Shown here piece after piece: positions 45,641-56,396 of a stretch of 64,000 bases of DNA. Source of the DNA: Piromyces finnis finn (Eukaryota > Fungi > Neocallimastigomycota); NCBI GenBank assembly GCA_002104945.1, contig MCFH01000008.1, positions 558,001 through 622,000 of the forward strand, read 5' to 3'. The position numbers and the translations under genes were made by a program. The first letter of the stretch is position 1; the number at the start of each line of letters is the position of its first letter. The notes below the pieces were generated by a model. The model saw only the letters and a list, made by a program, of their open reading frames with translations. It searched no databases and was not told the DNA's origin.

Positions 45641-45709
45641 TTTTAGATATAGTAATAATATAAGAAAATGTATTATACATATTATTATTATTATTATTAT
45701 TTTTCATAT

Positions 45710-48463
45710 TTAGTTTGAATTTGATTCTGCAGCTTCTCTCATTACAAGGGAATCATAAAGTCTATTTTGTGTATAAGTTTGATATAGTGATGGGTTTGGG
45801 AATTGTTTATAGTGAGAATTATCAACTTTTTGAATTTGTGCAATTTTTAATCTATTTATTGTTAAAATAGTTATTAATAATATTATAGTGTTTTTAAAGT
45901 ATTTAATATATTTAAATACGTACTTTGTTTTAAATTGTTCTAGTAATTTAGTCTTTTCAAGTAAATCATCATATTCTTGTTTTTGTTTCTTTTTAAATGT
46001 ATAAAAGAATAAAGCAGATAATATATATATACAAATATTTAATAAAATATATAGGTTAAAAACATAAAGATACTAATAAACATTATATCTTTTATAAATG
46101 TTTACCAAACTACGTTGATAATCTTCCTCATCTTGTTTTCGGATTTTTTCGTCATGTATACGCTTATTATTTATTTGATCTAATAAATCATTTGAATATT
46201 GTCTTTTATTCTGAAATATTTATTATAAATTAGTTATCAAAAAAATTTTTTTTTTCTTTGAAGTTTTATAATAATTATTATTAATTACATCAAGAATCTT
46301 TTGTGCTTTAAGTTTTTCTTCTTCTTCATATTTTTTAACATTTTCAATTAATTTTTCCATTTCACGTTTATTTTCTTCTTGTTCAAGCTTATTTCTTTCC
46401 ACTATTTATATATTTATTATTAATAATGTTATTATTAATTTTTTATTTTATTATTATTATTTTTCTTTTCAGGAATGATTATCATTAATGATATATCATA
46501 AGTAGAATTGTATATATAGAATAAATATTTAACAAATTTATGTAATTTACATTTTTCATTAAGTTGTTCTTGTCTTGTTTTCATAACTTCTCTCATTAAT
46601 TTATTTCTTGCTTCCTGTTCTTGTTTCCACTTTTCATACATTAATTTATTTTTCTATAAAATATTTATTTATATAAAATTTTTTATAAATAAATAAAAAT
46701 ATGATTTAATATTTTACTTTTTTATATATTGTTATATTTATTGTATTTTATATACCTTTTTGGATTCTTGAAGGAATGCTTCATCAATTTGCTTTTGCCT
46801 TTCTTTTTCAATTATTTTTTGTCTATTAATATGATCCATGAATAAGTCCATTTCACGCTTAATTTCTCTTTTTCTTTTGTTTTGTTCTTCAACATCCTTA
46901 TCCATTTCTTTCTTAATTTCTTCAATAATACAAAGATCCATTTCAAGTTCTTTTTGAACTTCTTCTGCTTTTCTTTTTATACTTTCTTTATTAAATTCTT
47001 CTATTTCACGTCTTGTATTAAAAGCATTTTGCTTTCTTATCATTTCATTACGTTGATCTTCAAGTTGAATCATCTTAATGCGTTCTAACTATAAAACCAT
47101 TAAAATAATAAATTTTGAGTTTATTATTTTTGTATTGTTTTTAATATATAAAAATTTATTATTGTGCTTTTATTTACATCATATTGTTTTTCAATATCTC
47201 TTAATTTTTCTTCTTCTTTTCTTCTCTTCTTGATTTCTTCAATTTGTTCTTCTAAACATTTACCTATATATTGTCCCATATATTTCCTTTTTTGTTCTTC
47301 ATTATTATAATATTCAACCTTTTTCAATCTTTCATTTTCAGCTAAAGCATCCCACATTTTTGTATCTTTTATTATTATTTTATTATTATTATTATTATAG
47401 TATATTATCAATCATTTATATTAATATATTAATATATTAATTTAAATATTTATTTTCATATTTTTGTTAATTTTTTTTTTTTTTTTATATTACATTTCAT
47501 TTCTGCTTTTTTGGCAATTTCTTTTTGTTTTATTTGTTGTTCTAATGCAGCTGCTACTTCTTTTTCTTTTAGTTTACTTTCAATACCTCTAATTTCGTGA
47601 CAATTATTCCTTTTATATTTTCCGAAATAGTAAAAAGAAAAAAATATATATGTATATCAATATAGTGTTTAATATATATATTCTATTCTTATTGTGATAT
47701 GAATATAAAGTACTAACTTCCATAAATTATAATATGCATTATCATTATCTTTTTTTTGTCTAGCTTCTCTTTTCTCTCTTAAAATTTTAATTTCATCTTT
47801 CATATTTTGTATTCTATCAAAAACTGTTTCTCTATTTTCTTCTATTAATTTTGTCCATTCAATTTTATCTTTTTCGAATAATGCAGCCAATCTTTAACAT
47901 ATATTTATAATATTTTTATTTAATATATTAATGATTCTAAGTATATTTAAAAGAAAGTTACATTCTTTAATATAGTATTATATTTATTACTTTTGTTGTC
48001 TTTCTTCAAATTGCTCTCTTTGTATATTTTTTAATTGTGTATAGTTTTTAAATAATTTATATCTTCTAGTAGCATCTACTGTTGCTCTTTCAAAATCTGC
48101 CTTTTATTTTTTGAGGATATAAATTAGTATTTTACTAGATTACAACTCTTCTCTTATATAAATGTCTGTTCATGATCTTGTAAATAGTATACCTTTTTAT
48201 CCATCATTTTATAGTAATTATTTTGTTTCTCCATTTCTTCCAATTCTGCTTCATCTTTTCTTCTTTGAATAATAATATAATCTTTTACACGATATCCTCT
48301 TCTTTGCTATCAAATATTATATGTATATAAAATTATTATTATCATTATTATTCTAGAATTAAAAATGTGAATTATGAGTTTAAATTACATATGTTTATAG
48401 TATTATCAAATTATTTACAGGTTGTGGTTTTGGAGGGTGTAAAATTTCCGATTCAAACTTCAT
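45710..48463 (-). CDS. CFAP53: Cilia- and flagella-associated protein 53 (CCDC11), multi-exon coiled-coil protein
   Basis: EERQQKRLAALFEKDKIEWTKLIEENRETVFDRIQNMKDEIKILREKREARQKK...CHEIR and KQEQEARNKLMREVMKTRQEQLNEK match CFAP53 (EERRNKLRELL...ETIEEKKDRMREK...CEELR; EKEARRQLVDEVMCTRKLQVQEK). Confidence 0.8.
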
Positions 48464-49339
48464 TTTTATTTATTTCCTTTGTATAAAAAATCCAAACTAA
48501 ATTATACAATATATTCAAGTTTTTATTTATTTATATTTGAAATTAAATAATATTATTAATTTCTATTTTACTTTATATATTTTATATTACACTTTTTATT
48601 TTATTTGTAAAATAAATTTTTTAATTTATATCTTTATTTTATTTATATTTAATATTATATAAACTTTTTAAAGTTTGGAATTTTTGTTAAAATAATACAT
48701 TCATTTTTTTGTGAAAATTAAGTTAATTTTAAAAATTACATTCATTTTTTTTTTTACTATGATTTTAACTGCTGGAATAGGAGTACATTAATTTATTATA
48801 AAAAGAATAAGAATGTAAGATAACATTATATATGAAAATTTAATTAATATCAATAATACAAAAATAAACTTATATAGCTTATATAAGAAAAGTAAAACTC
48901 TATATCTAATAATTATAAAAAAAATCAATAATTATATTTTACATTTCAAAAATCTTAAAAATAGAAGCAAACTTTTTGATTCATATTTCTTAATGAAAAT
49001 TTTTCTTGTTTAATATTCTGATATAAATTTTTTTTTTTTTTGGTAAAAATTGAATATTTTTAAAAAAAGTATCATGGGTTTAAAAGATCAAAAATTAAAA
49101 TTTTTGCAGGAGATATAATTATTATCTCTAATGTTATTATAAACTTATATAACTATATATATATATATATATATTTTAACTGCAACAAATAATTTAAAAC
49201 CTATAAAATTATTTTAATTAAAAAAATGATTTAAAAATAAATTTAAAAGCCTATAAAAATTTAAAAATAAAATTTAATTACACATTAATAAAACAAAAAA
49301 TGAATATTATATATAATAATAATTAATATTATTATTAAT

Positions 49340-49549
49340 ATTATTTTTATTATTACTATTTCTACTAATATTACTTTTGCCAAGATAATTAAATAATAGG
49401 ACAATGCAATTGTAATACTTATTACTAATATCATTGAATTTTGGACATTCGTTTATTGAATATTTTGATTACTACTTTTGTAACATGGATAATAATTAGA
49501 ACAAAATGATCATTTAGCTTTAGCACACTTATATTTGTTATTTACTTTC

Positions 49550-49551
<2 letters not shown>
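49340..49551 (-). mobile_element. Old degenerate fragment of a related LINE (zinc-knuckle region)
   Basis: Minus-strand translation LKVNNKYKCAKAK*SFCSNYYPCYK...ECPKFNDISNKYYNCIVLLFNYL aligns to the intact ORF's LKARSGYK...VAKAAK...VCPNYCPCCK...DCPTFRDIRIKHYDSIVQLLNFF, with stop codons. Confidence 0.7.
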
Positions 49552-49589
<38 letters not shown>

Positions 49590-49728
49590 GGTATCAAATA
49601 ATGGTAGACAGTAGTAACTATAAGCAAATTCAGAATGTTGTCGAAGATTAAATTTTATTATGGAGCAAATTTTTTATCTTACTCATCCTACTTACTGTTT
49701 CATTTCTTCAATATTAATTTTTCCATCA
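49552..49728 (-). mobile_element. Short poly(A)-tailed retro-sequence sharing only the terminal motif with the LINE
   Basis: 35-nt T tract at 49552-49586. The minus-strand end ATTTGATACCATT(A)n compares with ATTTGATGCCGTT(A)n and ATTTGATGCTGTT(A)n in the LINE copies; the rest does not visibly align. Confidence 0.55.
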
Positions 49729-50299
49729 TTTTTTTTTTTTTAACAGCATCAAATACTTATAAACTTTATTATTAATTTAATTAAAATTATAATACATGTT
49801 AAAAATAAAAAAAATAAAAATTATAAAAATATGTTTAAATAAACACAAATGAATAAAAATTGGGTATAATGTATTCCAGTAATTTTAATTAAAGTAAGAA
49901 AGCCATTATTATACTAAAGTATAATAATTGTATTTGACTTCCAATGGGACACCGAGCCAAAGATCAAAATTTTGTCATGGAACAAAATTATGATCTTCAT
50001 TGGTTGCTGGCCCTCCTGTGTTTCTTCAGCACTGATGCTCTTGGATATTGCTTCAAACCTTTTGAACATTGACCATTGATATCAAAAAGCATGATTTTGA
50101 TTAGAAGTTCCGCTGTTACTATCAAGAATGGTGTTCCTTCGTAAGTGCCAGATTGAATCTGACACTTACAAAGTTCTTTTCATTCCCTTGAATTGTAATT
50201 GATAAAACTTCTTCCCCAAGAAGGAATTTAAATATTTTACTGCACACACTAGAATAATCATACACATTAATATTCACCGGATTATTAGAACTAAATTAC
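49729..50299 (-). mobile_element. 5'-truncated, decayed copy of the LINE 3' end with poly(A)
   Basis: 49742-50299 repeats 50326-about 50930 with substitutions and frameshifting indels; 13-nt T tract at 49729-49741. Confidence 0.95.
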
Positions 50300-50565
50300 T
50301 TTTTTTTTTTTTTTTTTTTTTTTTTAACGGCATCAAATATTTTAAACTTTATTATTAATTTAATTAAAATTATAATACATGTAATAAAAAAATTAAAATT
50401 AAAATAAAAATAAAAAAAAATATGTTTAAATAAACACAAATGAATAAAAATTGGGTATAATGTATTCTAGTAATTTTAATTAAAGTAAGAAAGCCACTAT
50501 CATACTAAAGTATAATAATTGTATTTGACTTCCAATGGGACACCGAGCCAAAGATCAAAATTTTG

Positions 50566-53500
50566 TCATGGAACAAAATTATGATCTCCATTGGTTGCGC
50601 TGGCCCTCCTGGCCTGTCTTACTGTTTCTTCAGCATTGACGCTCTTGGATGTTGCTTCAAACCTTTTGAACATTGACCATTGCTGGCCAATAGCAAAAGA
50701 CATGATTTTGGTTAGAAGTTCCGCGGTTACCGTCAAGAATGGTGTTCCTTCGTTAGTGCCAGATTGAATCTGACACTTGCAAAGTTCTTTCCATTCCCTT
50801 GAATTGTAATTGATATTGTTAAAACTTCTTCCCCCAAGAAGGAATTTAAATATTTTACTGCACACACTAGAATAATCATACACATTAATATTCACCGGAT
50901 TATTAGAACTATTACTATCATTAACTAAATTACTATCTAAATTAGAATTATTATCTTCACTATTGCTATCATTACTAATATTATTATTTCTATTATTGTT
51001 ATTATTACTATTGTTACTATTACTATTGTTACTATTACTATTGTTATTACTACTATTGTTACTATTACTATTAATGTTATTACTATCTCTACTGATATTA
51101 TCAATTTCATTATTATTGATAGGACTATTGGAATTACGTTGACTGAAAAAATTTAGTAGCTGGACTATGGAATCATAATGTTTAATACGGATATCTCTAA
51201 ATGTTGGACAATCTAATAACCAATGTTTAATACTTTGAACACCACACTTGCAACATGGACAGTAGTTAGGACAAACTGGATCAACAAATTTGGCAGCTTT
51301 GGCAACTCTAGCATCCAATTTGTATCCGCTTCTTGCTTTCAATAGCCAGTAGAAGCCATAGGCAAACTCTGGGTACTCATAACATAATTTAATAAAATCT
51401 TTAGTTTCAATAAATTTATTATCATCATAATATTGCGCTTTGATTGAATTCCCTTTGAGATCTTTCCAATAAAAGTTTTTAACTGCTTTAACATCTCCAT
51501 GTTTCTTTAATTTTTTATCAAGTGTCCTACTTGATTTGCACCACGTGTATTTTCTAAATTTAGGAATGTAATTGACAAGGTGTGAGATAATACAATTTGA
51601 GTTTTTCCATTTGTTAAAACATCTAACCTGAGCTAACGCACATTTGGCTGACAATGGAGGAATATTCAAATCTTTTGAAATAGAGTATAAAGATATAAAC
51701 GATACAGCTTTATGAACTCCGGCAACCCATCGTATTCCTTTGTTAACATGCTTCTGAGCAATCCTAGACCTAGCTTTGTTGGATCCAAGTAATGGTGCAA
51801 AGTATGAAACTCTGCTAATCACTTGTGAGTTAAGTACTAGTTTTTTGAAAGGAATAGGAATATTAGGATTTCTTAAGAATTTACTGACTGAGAAAAGCCC
51901 TTTCAAAACCTTGTTATTAAGAGCTTTAATTACTGGTTTAAGGGACAGATTCTTATCAAATGGAACACCAAGATAAGTATAACAATCAGTAGTTGGAATG
52001 GGTTGTCCTGCTAAGTAAAATGTTGGATCTCTCTTGTTCTGATTTTCTATTGATTCAGGACGAATCACCATCGTTGAACATTTCTGGATACCAAATTCCA
52101 TTTCATTATACAATGCCCATTCATTAACTCTTCTAAGCATCTTTTTTAAGCATCCTCTTGTTGGAGCACAAATAACTATATCATCTGCAAAAAGTCCACC
52201 ACAGCATCGAGTGTCACCTAAACTGACTCCTAGATCTTCGCACTCTCTAAATATATCATTAATAAAGAGATTAAAGAGAATAGGAGAAAGAGGGCAACCT
52301 TGACGGACTCCTTTCTTCACATCAAAAGATTTCGAGAATTGTCCATCTAATTTGACATTAGCCTTAGATGTTAAATATAAATTTTTGATGAATTGTAAAC
52401 TCTTACCTCGGATTCCTAAACAATCTAATTTATGGAGAATATTACCGATTGGGACTGAATCGTATGCTTTCCTGAGATCTAAAAAGGCCAAAAATGTCTC
52501 TTTATTATCTAATTGACGTCTACGGCATATTTCTTGGATTGAAATGAAAAGACTAATACTTTCTTCCTTTTTTCGAAAACCAAATTGTTCAGGTCTAATG
52601 AAATTATTCTTTAAACCATATTCTGAGATTCTAGTGGTGACAATTTTGGAAATCAACTTAATACCATTATTGATAAGTGATATACCTCGATAGTTATCAC
52701 AATCTGTCAAATCACCCTTCTTAGGAATAGAAACAATACTGGATTCATTCCATGAGTTGGGGAAATCTCCATCCCAAATACGGTTGAATAATTTAAGAAT
52801 AAAATTTAAACCATGAGCATCATTATCTGCAGTAGTATTACCAGAAGAATTATTATCTGTAGCATTATTAGAATCATTACTTGATGGAACTAATGCTTTG
52901 TAAAATTCAATTGGAATACCATCCGGACCTGATGCTTTATAATTTGGAGTAGTGAGGATAGCTGACTTGACTTCATCAATACTAATATCTTGGTTGATAT
53001 CCCACTCATCAAGCATAGGAAGTGAAAAACGTTTATTCGTTGGTTCTTCATACCAATGCTCCAAATCAAGACTTACACCACTTGGGTCTGATGCAAGATT
53101 TTCGAAATGATCATGCCACACATCTAGTTGTTCTTCCGTAGCAACAACTAATTCTCCATTTTTATTTTTAATTGGTTGAGCAATAAAGAAAGAATCTTTT
53201 CCAATTTTTGCAGTTTTCTTGATCCATTTCCAGGCCTTCTTAGGATTATGACTCTTCATATACTCACATCCTGTTTTAATCCAATGAAGATATTCTTGCT
53301 TCCTAAATTCATTACATCTTTTGTGGATGTAATCAATGAGTTTACGGTAGATTTTAATTCTTTTAATAAATTCATCTATATCATAAATTCTTTCTTTTTT
53401 AAATCTCTTATACAACTTCATTTTGATTTTTTGAAGATTAAAAATTTGTTGTGAAATATGAAATGAAGACTTTATAACATTATTTGCTGAAGTAATACTG

Positions 53501-55089
53501 AGCTCGTCTGCAATTGAAAAAGCAGTTGAAGTAAACTCTTTGGAAAGTTCATCTGTAGAAACATTAGGATCGTTGAATTTTGCTGAAAGTATTTGGAATT
53601 TATTATGACTGAGAATAGATTCCTTTTCCTCAATACATTTTAATCTATTCCATTTCAGAGTTTTCTTAGGAACATTAAAGTCATTAGAAAAATCTTCCAT
53701 AGGAATAATTTTACCATTAATAAGAAGTGGCTTATGGTCTGATACAGGATAAAAATTATTTATAAATGATCCTGAGTGAATAAGATCTTTCATCTTCGAA
53801 TTGATAAGAGCATGGTCAATGTCGGAAGATTGATCACCTCGAGTCCAAGAGATAGTAGACCCTCTAAGCGGAAGAATTTCCCAATCTCCTAATCCATTAG
53901 TTGATAACCAGTTGGATAATTTTACTTTAGACATATTAAAATCACCAACAAGAATCGATGGATGGGATGAATGAGTTTGTAACCACAAGCGAACTTCTAA
54001 CTTTGCATGATCAACATAGATGTTGTGATGACTATGAGGCATATAAACATTACCAATCGAGCATTTGAATCTATTCCAGAGACTAAAAGTATAAATAGAA
54101 ATAATATACTTTCCAGAGAAGTTTTCAAGTGAGGCTTGACATGAATTGTGAAAACCTAAATATAAACCTCTCATTCCCGGAACTGATTCGTCGGCTTTCT
54201 TGAAAAAGTGTCTATAGTTTCGCAAAGTAACACGACAAGGATAATCTGTATTCGATCCAGAACCATTACCAGTTTCTTGGAAACATAAAAATAATGGTTT
54301 GAAAATAGCTGTGAAATAGCTAATACTATCTCTCTTTTCGTGATTCCACCCATTGGTGTTCCAACTAAGACAAAAAGAAAAGTTATCAGGCTTGTTGGAT
54401 GAGGAAGAATCGTTGCTATTATTATTATTATTAAAGTCATTGTTATTAATGGATGATGCATCAGAGGAATAAGTAGAACTATTACTAGATGGCTGTGAAA
54501 CTGAAGAACTATCAACTATTGAACTGTTATCAGAGTTGATAGAGCTATTAGAATTAATTGTTGAATGTTGAGATTGAAATTGTGTTTGCTGTAGATCTGG
54601 AATATTTTCATGATTGGAAACTTGTTGAAGATCTTGTTGAAGATCTTGTTGAAGATCGGATTGTTGATGAGATTGTTGAACTGATTGTTGAAATGATTGT
54701 TGAATAGAATGTTGATGTTTATTAGAAACTAAAATTTTACGTTTGAGAGTGGAAAAAGTGTATTTGTGATTCCTTCTACTACGAGCTGAAAAGGAAATTG
54801 AGGTAACTGAAAGTTTCTTCTTTAACATGTGTAAGATTTTAATACAATCTTTCGATGAACCATGAACCTTGACTAAGAAAAAGTGATCATTGAAAGTCTG
54901 AAAATATTTAACACTAATAACTAAATTAAATTTATCTTCTAGAATAACCTCGAGTTTTTCCCATAGCATATTTACTGACCATGATCGAATACCACGGATA
55001 AAGAAGGAGCGAATATCATCTAAGGGGATACCATAAGACCGGGTACCACGTCTGATATAATTCTTGTCTTTAATATAAAGGACTGACAT
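50566..55089 (-). CDS. LINE polyprotein: putative RRM-like N-terminus, APE endonuclease, reverse transcriptase and CCHC-type knuckle
   Basis: APE: SWNTNG, LCFQET, GNVYMP, VGDFN, SDIDHAL, SDHKPL. RT: KASGPDGIP, IPKKGD...NYRGISL, QFGFR, FLDLRKAYDSV, GVRQGCPLSPILFNLFI, LFADD, YTYLGV. Knuckle: CPCCKCGVQSIKHWLLDC. Confidence 0.97.
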   Translation of the reverse strand: MSVLYIKDKNYIRRGTRSYGIPLDDIRSFFIRGIRSWSVNMLWEKLEVILEDKFNLVISVKYFQTFNDHFFLVKVHGSSKDCIKILHMLKKKLSVTSISFSARSRRNHKYTFSTLKRKILVSNKHQHSIQQSFQQSVQQSHQQSDLQQDLQQDLQQVSNHENIPDLQQTQFQSQHSTINSNSSINSDNSSIVDSSSVSQPSSNSSTYSSDASSINNNDFNNNNNSNDSSSSNKPDNFSFCLSWNTNGWNHEKRDSISYFTAIFKPLFLCFQETGNGSGSNTDYPCRVTLRNYRHFFKKADESVPGMRGLYLGFHNSCQASLENFSGKYIISIYTFSLWNRFKCSIGNVYMPHSHHNIYVDHAKLEVRLWLQTHSSHPSILVGDFNMSKVKLSNWLSTNGLGDWEILPLRGSTISWTRGDQSSDIDHALINSKMKDLIHSGSFINNFYPVSDHKPLLINGKIIPMEDFSNDFNVPKKTLKWNRLKCIEEKESILSHNKFQILSAKFNDPNVSTDELSKEFTSTAFSIADELSITSANNVIKSSFHISQQIFNLQKIKMKLYKRFKKERIYDIDEFIKRIKIYRKLIDYIHKRCNEFRKQEYLHWIKTGCEYMKSHNPKKAWKWIKKTAKIGKDSFFIAQPIKNKNGELVVATEEQLDVWHDHFENLASDPSGVSLDLEHWYEEPTNKRFSLPMLDEWDINQDISIDEVKSAILTTPNYKASGPDGIPIEFYKALVPSSNDSNNATDNNSSGNTTADNDAHGLNFILKLFNRIWDGDFPNSWNESSIVSIPKKGDLTDCDNYRGISLINNGIKLISKIVTTRISEYGLKNNFIRPEQFGFRKKEESISLFISIQEICRRRQLDNKETFLAFLDLRKAYDSVPIGNILHKLDCLGIRGKSLQFIKNLYLTSKANVKLDGQFSKSFDVKKGVRQGCPLSPILFNLFINDIFRECEDLGVSLGDTRCCGGLFADDIVICAPTRGCLKKMLRRVNEWALYNEMEFGIQKCSTMVIRPESIENQNKRDPTFYLAGQPIPTTDCYTYLGVPFDKNLSLKPVIKALNNKVLKGLFSVSKFLRNPNIPIPFKKLVLNSQVISRVSYFAPLLGSNKARSRIAQKHVNKGIRWVAGVHKAVSFISLYSISKDLNIPPLSAKCALAQVRCFNKWKNSNCIISHLVNYIPKFRKYTWCKSSRTLDKKLKKHGDVKAVKNFYWKDLKGNSIKAQYYDDNKFIETKDFIKLCYEYPEFAYGFYWLLKARSGYKLDARVAKAAKFVDPVCPNYCPCCKCGVQSIKHWLLDCPTFRDIRIKHYDSIVQLLNFFSQRNSNSPINNNEIDNISRDSNNINSNSNNSSNNNSNSNNSNSNNSNNNNNRNNNISNDSNSEDNNSNLDSNLVNDSNSSNNPVNINVYDYSSVCSKIFKFLLGGRSFNNINYNSREWKELCKCQIQSGTNEGTPFLTVTAELLTKIMSFAIGQQWSMFKRFEATSKSVNAEETVRQARRASATNGDHNFVP

Positions 55090-55628
55090 GATAATAAATT
55101 CTAATTAAAAATATTGAATATAAAATAAATACTAATAAAAATTATAAATATAACGTATATGGAAAAAAAATCTGTCTCTCTCTCTCTTCTTAAAAGTACT
55201 GGATAGTACAAAAATTGTTACGATGCTTTGTTTAAAGTTTCTTTTTTTGAATTCTAGTTGTAAATTTTCTTTAAAAATTCTAGTTTTGGTTTGTTGTTAG
55301 TAAATTCGAATCGCTTTTTGACACTAAACTTGTTTGACTTACTTTTCATTAAATATTTAAATTGGTAAAAAATTTGAATCAAGAATGTCGACACCAGAAA
55401 GCTTGTGAATAGTATTTTTACATGATGTAGAGTGAATCAGTCTCTTACAAGAAACAATACAACAATAGCTACATGAATATAAAAATACAATGCAAATGCT
55501 AAAGTTGACTACATTGGATTCTTACAAGAGAAGAGTAGTACTACATGAATACATGAATAAAAGAAAAAATACAGCAACAAAATGTATTACTCTTCTAATT
55601 AAATACTATACAAACTTACCTGAATATC

Positions 55629-55934
55629 AAACATTCAACTTATTCATCAAATACTTAATTCGATGAATAAAATGTTTTTTTAATCGCTCAGTACCATGAG
55701 CTTAGTCCTAATAATTTTCCCTTAAAGACTAACCAAGCATCCATTGCGCAATGCTTGGATTTAATTCTTTCTACTCTCTCAGTACCATGAGCATGAGTAG
55801 ACCCCCTTGATAAACTCCATTATTAAATAAATGAAGGCACGTTCCTAAGAGGGCACCAAGCATCCATTGCGCAATACTTGGATTTAATTCTTTCTACTCT
55901 CTCAGTACCATGAGCATGAGTAGACCCCCTTGAT
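55629..55934 (-). ncRNA. Hairpin-dense putative 5' leader RNA of the LINE
   Basis: Consecutive stems on the element strand: UCUACUC/GAGUAGA enclosing CUCA-UGGUAC-UGAG; CCAAGCAU/AUGCUUGG; UUAGUCU/GGACUAA; GCUCA-UGGUAC-UGAGC; UUAUUCAUC/GAUGAAUAA enclosed by AAACAUU/AAUGUUU. Function is unknown. Confidence 0.5.
55732..55934. repeat. 80-nt direct repeat, two copies (55732-55811 and 55855-55934), 79/80 identical
   Basis: accaagcatccattgcgcaat(g/a)cttggatttaattctttctactctctcagtaccatgagcatgagtagacccccttgat occurs twice; the core ctcagtaccatgagc occurs a third time at 55687-55701. Confidence 0.97.
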
Positions 55935-55987
55935 GAGTTGGGGAAGTCTCCATCCCAAATACGGTTGAAATTATTATTGCTATATTA

Positions 55988-56025
55988 TTAACTAATTATC
56001 TAAATTGGAATTATTGTCTTCACTA
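55988..56025 (-). mobile_element. Short LINE fragment continuing the truncated copy at 49729-50299 (the other half of the interrupted target)
   Basis: tatctaaattggaattattgtcttcacta matches tatctaaattagaattattatcttcacta (about 50934-50962) at 27 of 29 positions. Confidence 0.7.
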
Positions 56026-56396
56026 ATTTTTCCGTCAAACTTTAATTTTACCTTTTACATGTAACAAATAACTATTTTTATGACTATTTAATTTTCACTC
56101 TATGAAAATTTATATATAATTTAACTTTTAACCTGTTTTACATCTTTATTTCATAACATATTCATTTTTACTTCACACAAATAACCTTTTTTTAATATTT
56201 ACAATATTCCCTCAAAAAACACTTCATACACCCTTAATTTATAAATATTAAATCAACTAAAAATATTTTTATAATTTTTTTTATTTATTTGTCTAATGAG
56301 TTCAGCTTCCAATAATTATCCAATTATTACAATCAGATAACTTTGGTAACGCCTTGACAATTGTTTTTAAAACAACATAAAAAAAAAGTAAATAAT

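Larger units (their letters stand above)
50300..55969 (-). mobile_element. Apparently full-length non-LTR retrotransposon (APE-type LINE) with a 26-nt poly(A) tail, 240-nt 3' UTR, single ORF and structured 5' leader
   Basis: T tract at 50300-50325, intact 1507-aa ORF, and GC content visibly higher than host intergenic DNA. The 5' boundary is inferred. Confidence 0.9.

Noticed and set aside
50528-50545. CCAATGGGAC, resembling the 3' end of the HDV ribozyme
   Set aside because: It is antisense to the element, and there is no upstream GTCCCA partner or L3 motif.
55680-55940. tRNA/SINE, hammerhead, HDV or pistol interpretation of the hairpin array, and a CRISPR-like reading of the repeats
   Set aside because: GCTCATGGTACTGAGC resembles a D-arm, but there is no T-arm/B-box or cloverleaf. 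CUGAGAG is not the CUGANGA core, there is no HDV P1/L3 or pistol P1, and two 80-nt repeats in a eukaryote with no cas genes are not a CRISPR array.
49552-56100. A single target-site duplication around the whole LINE stack
   Set aside because: The left flank (atatttgttatttactttcag) is not repeated on the right; the stack is better explained by separate events.
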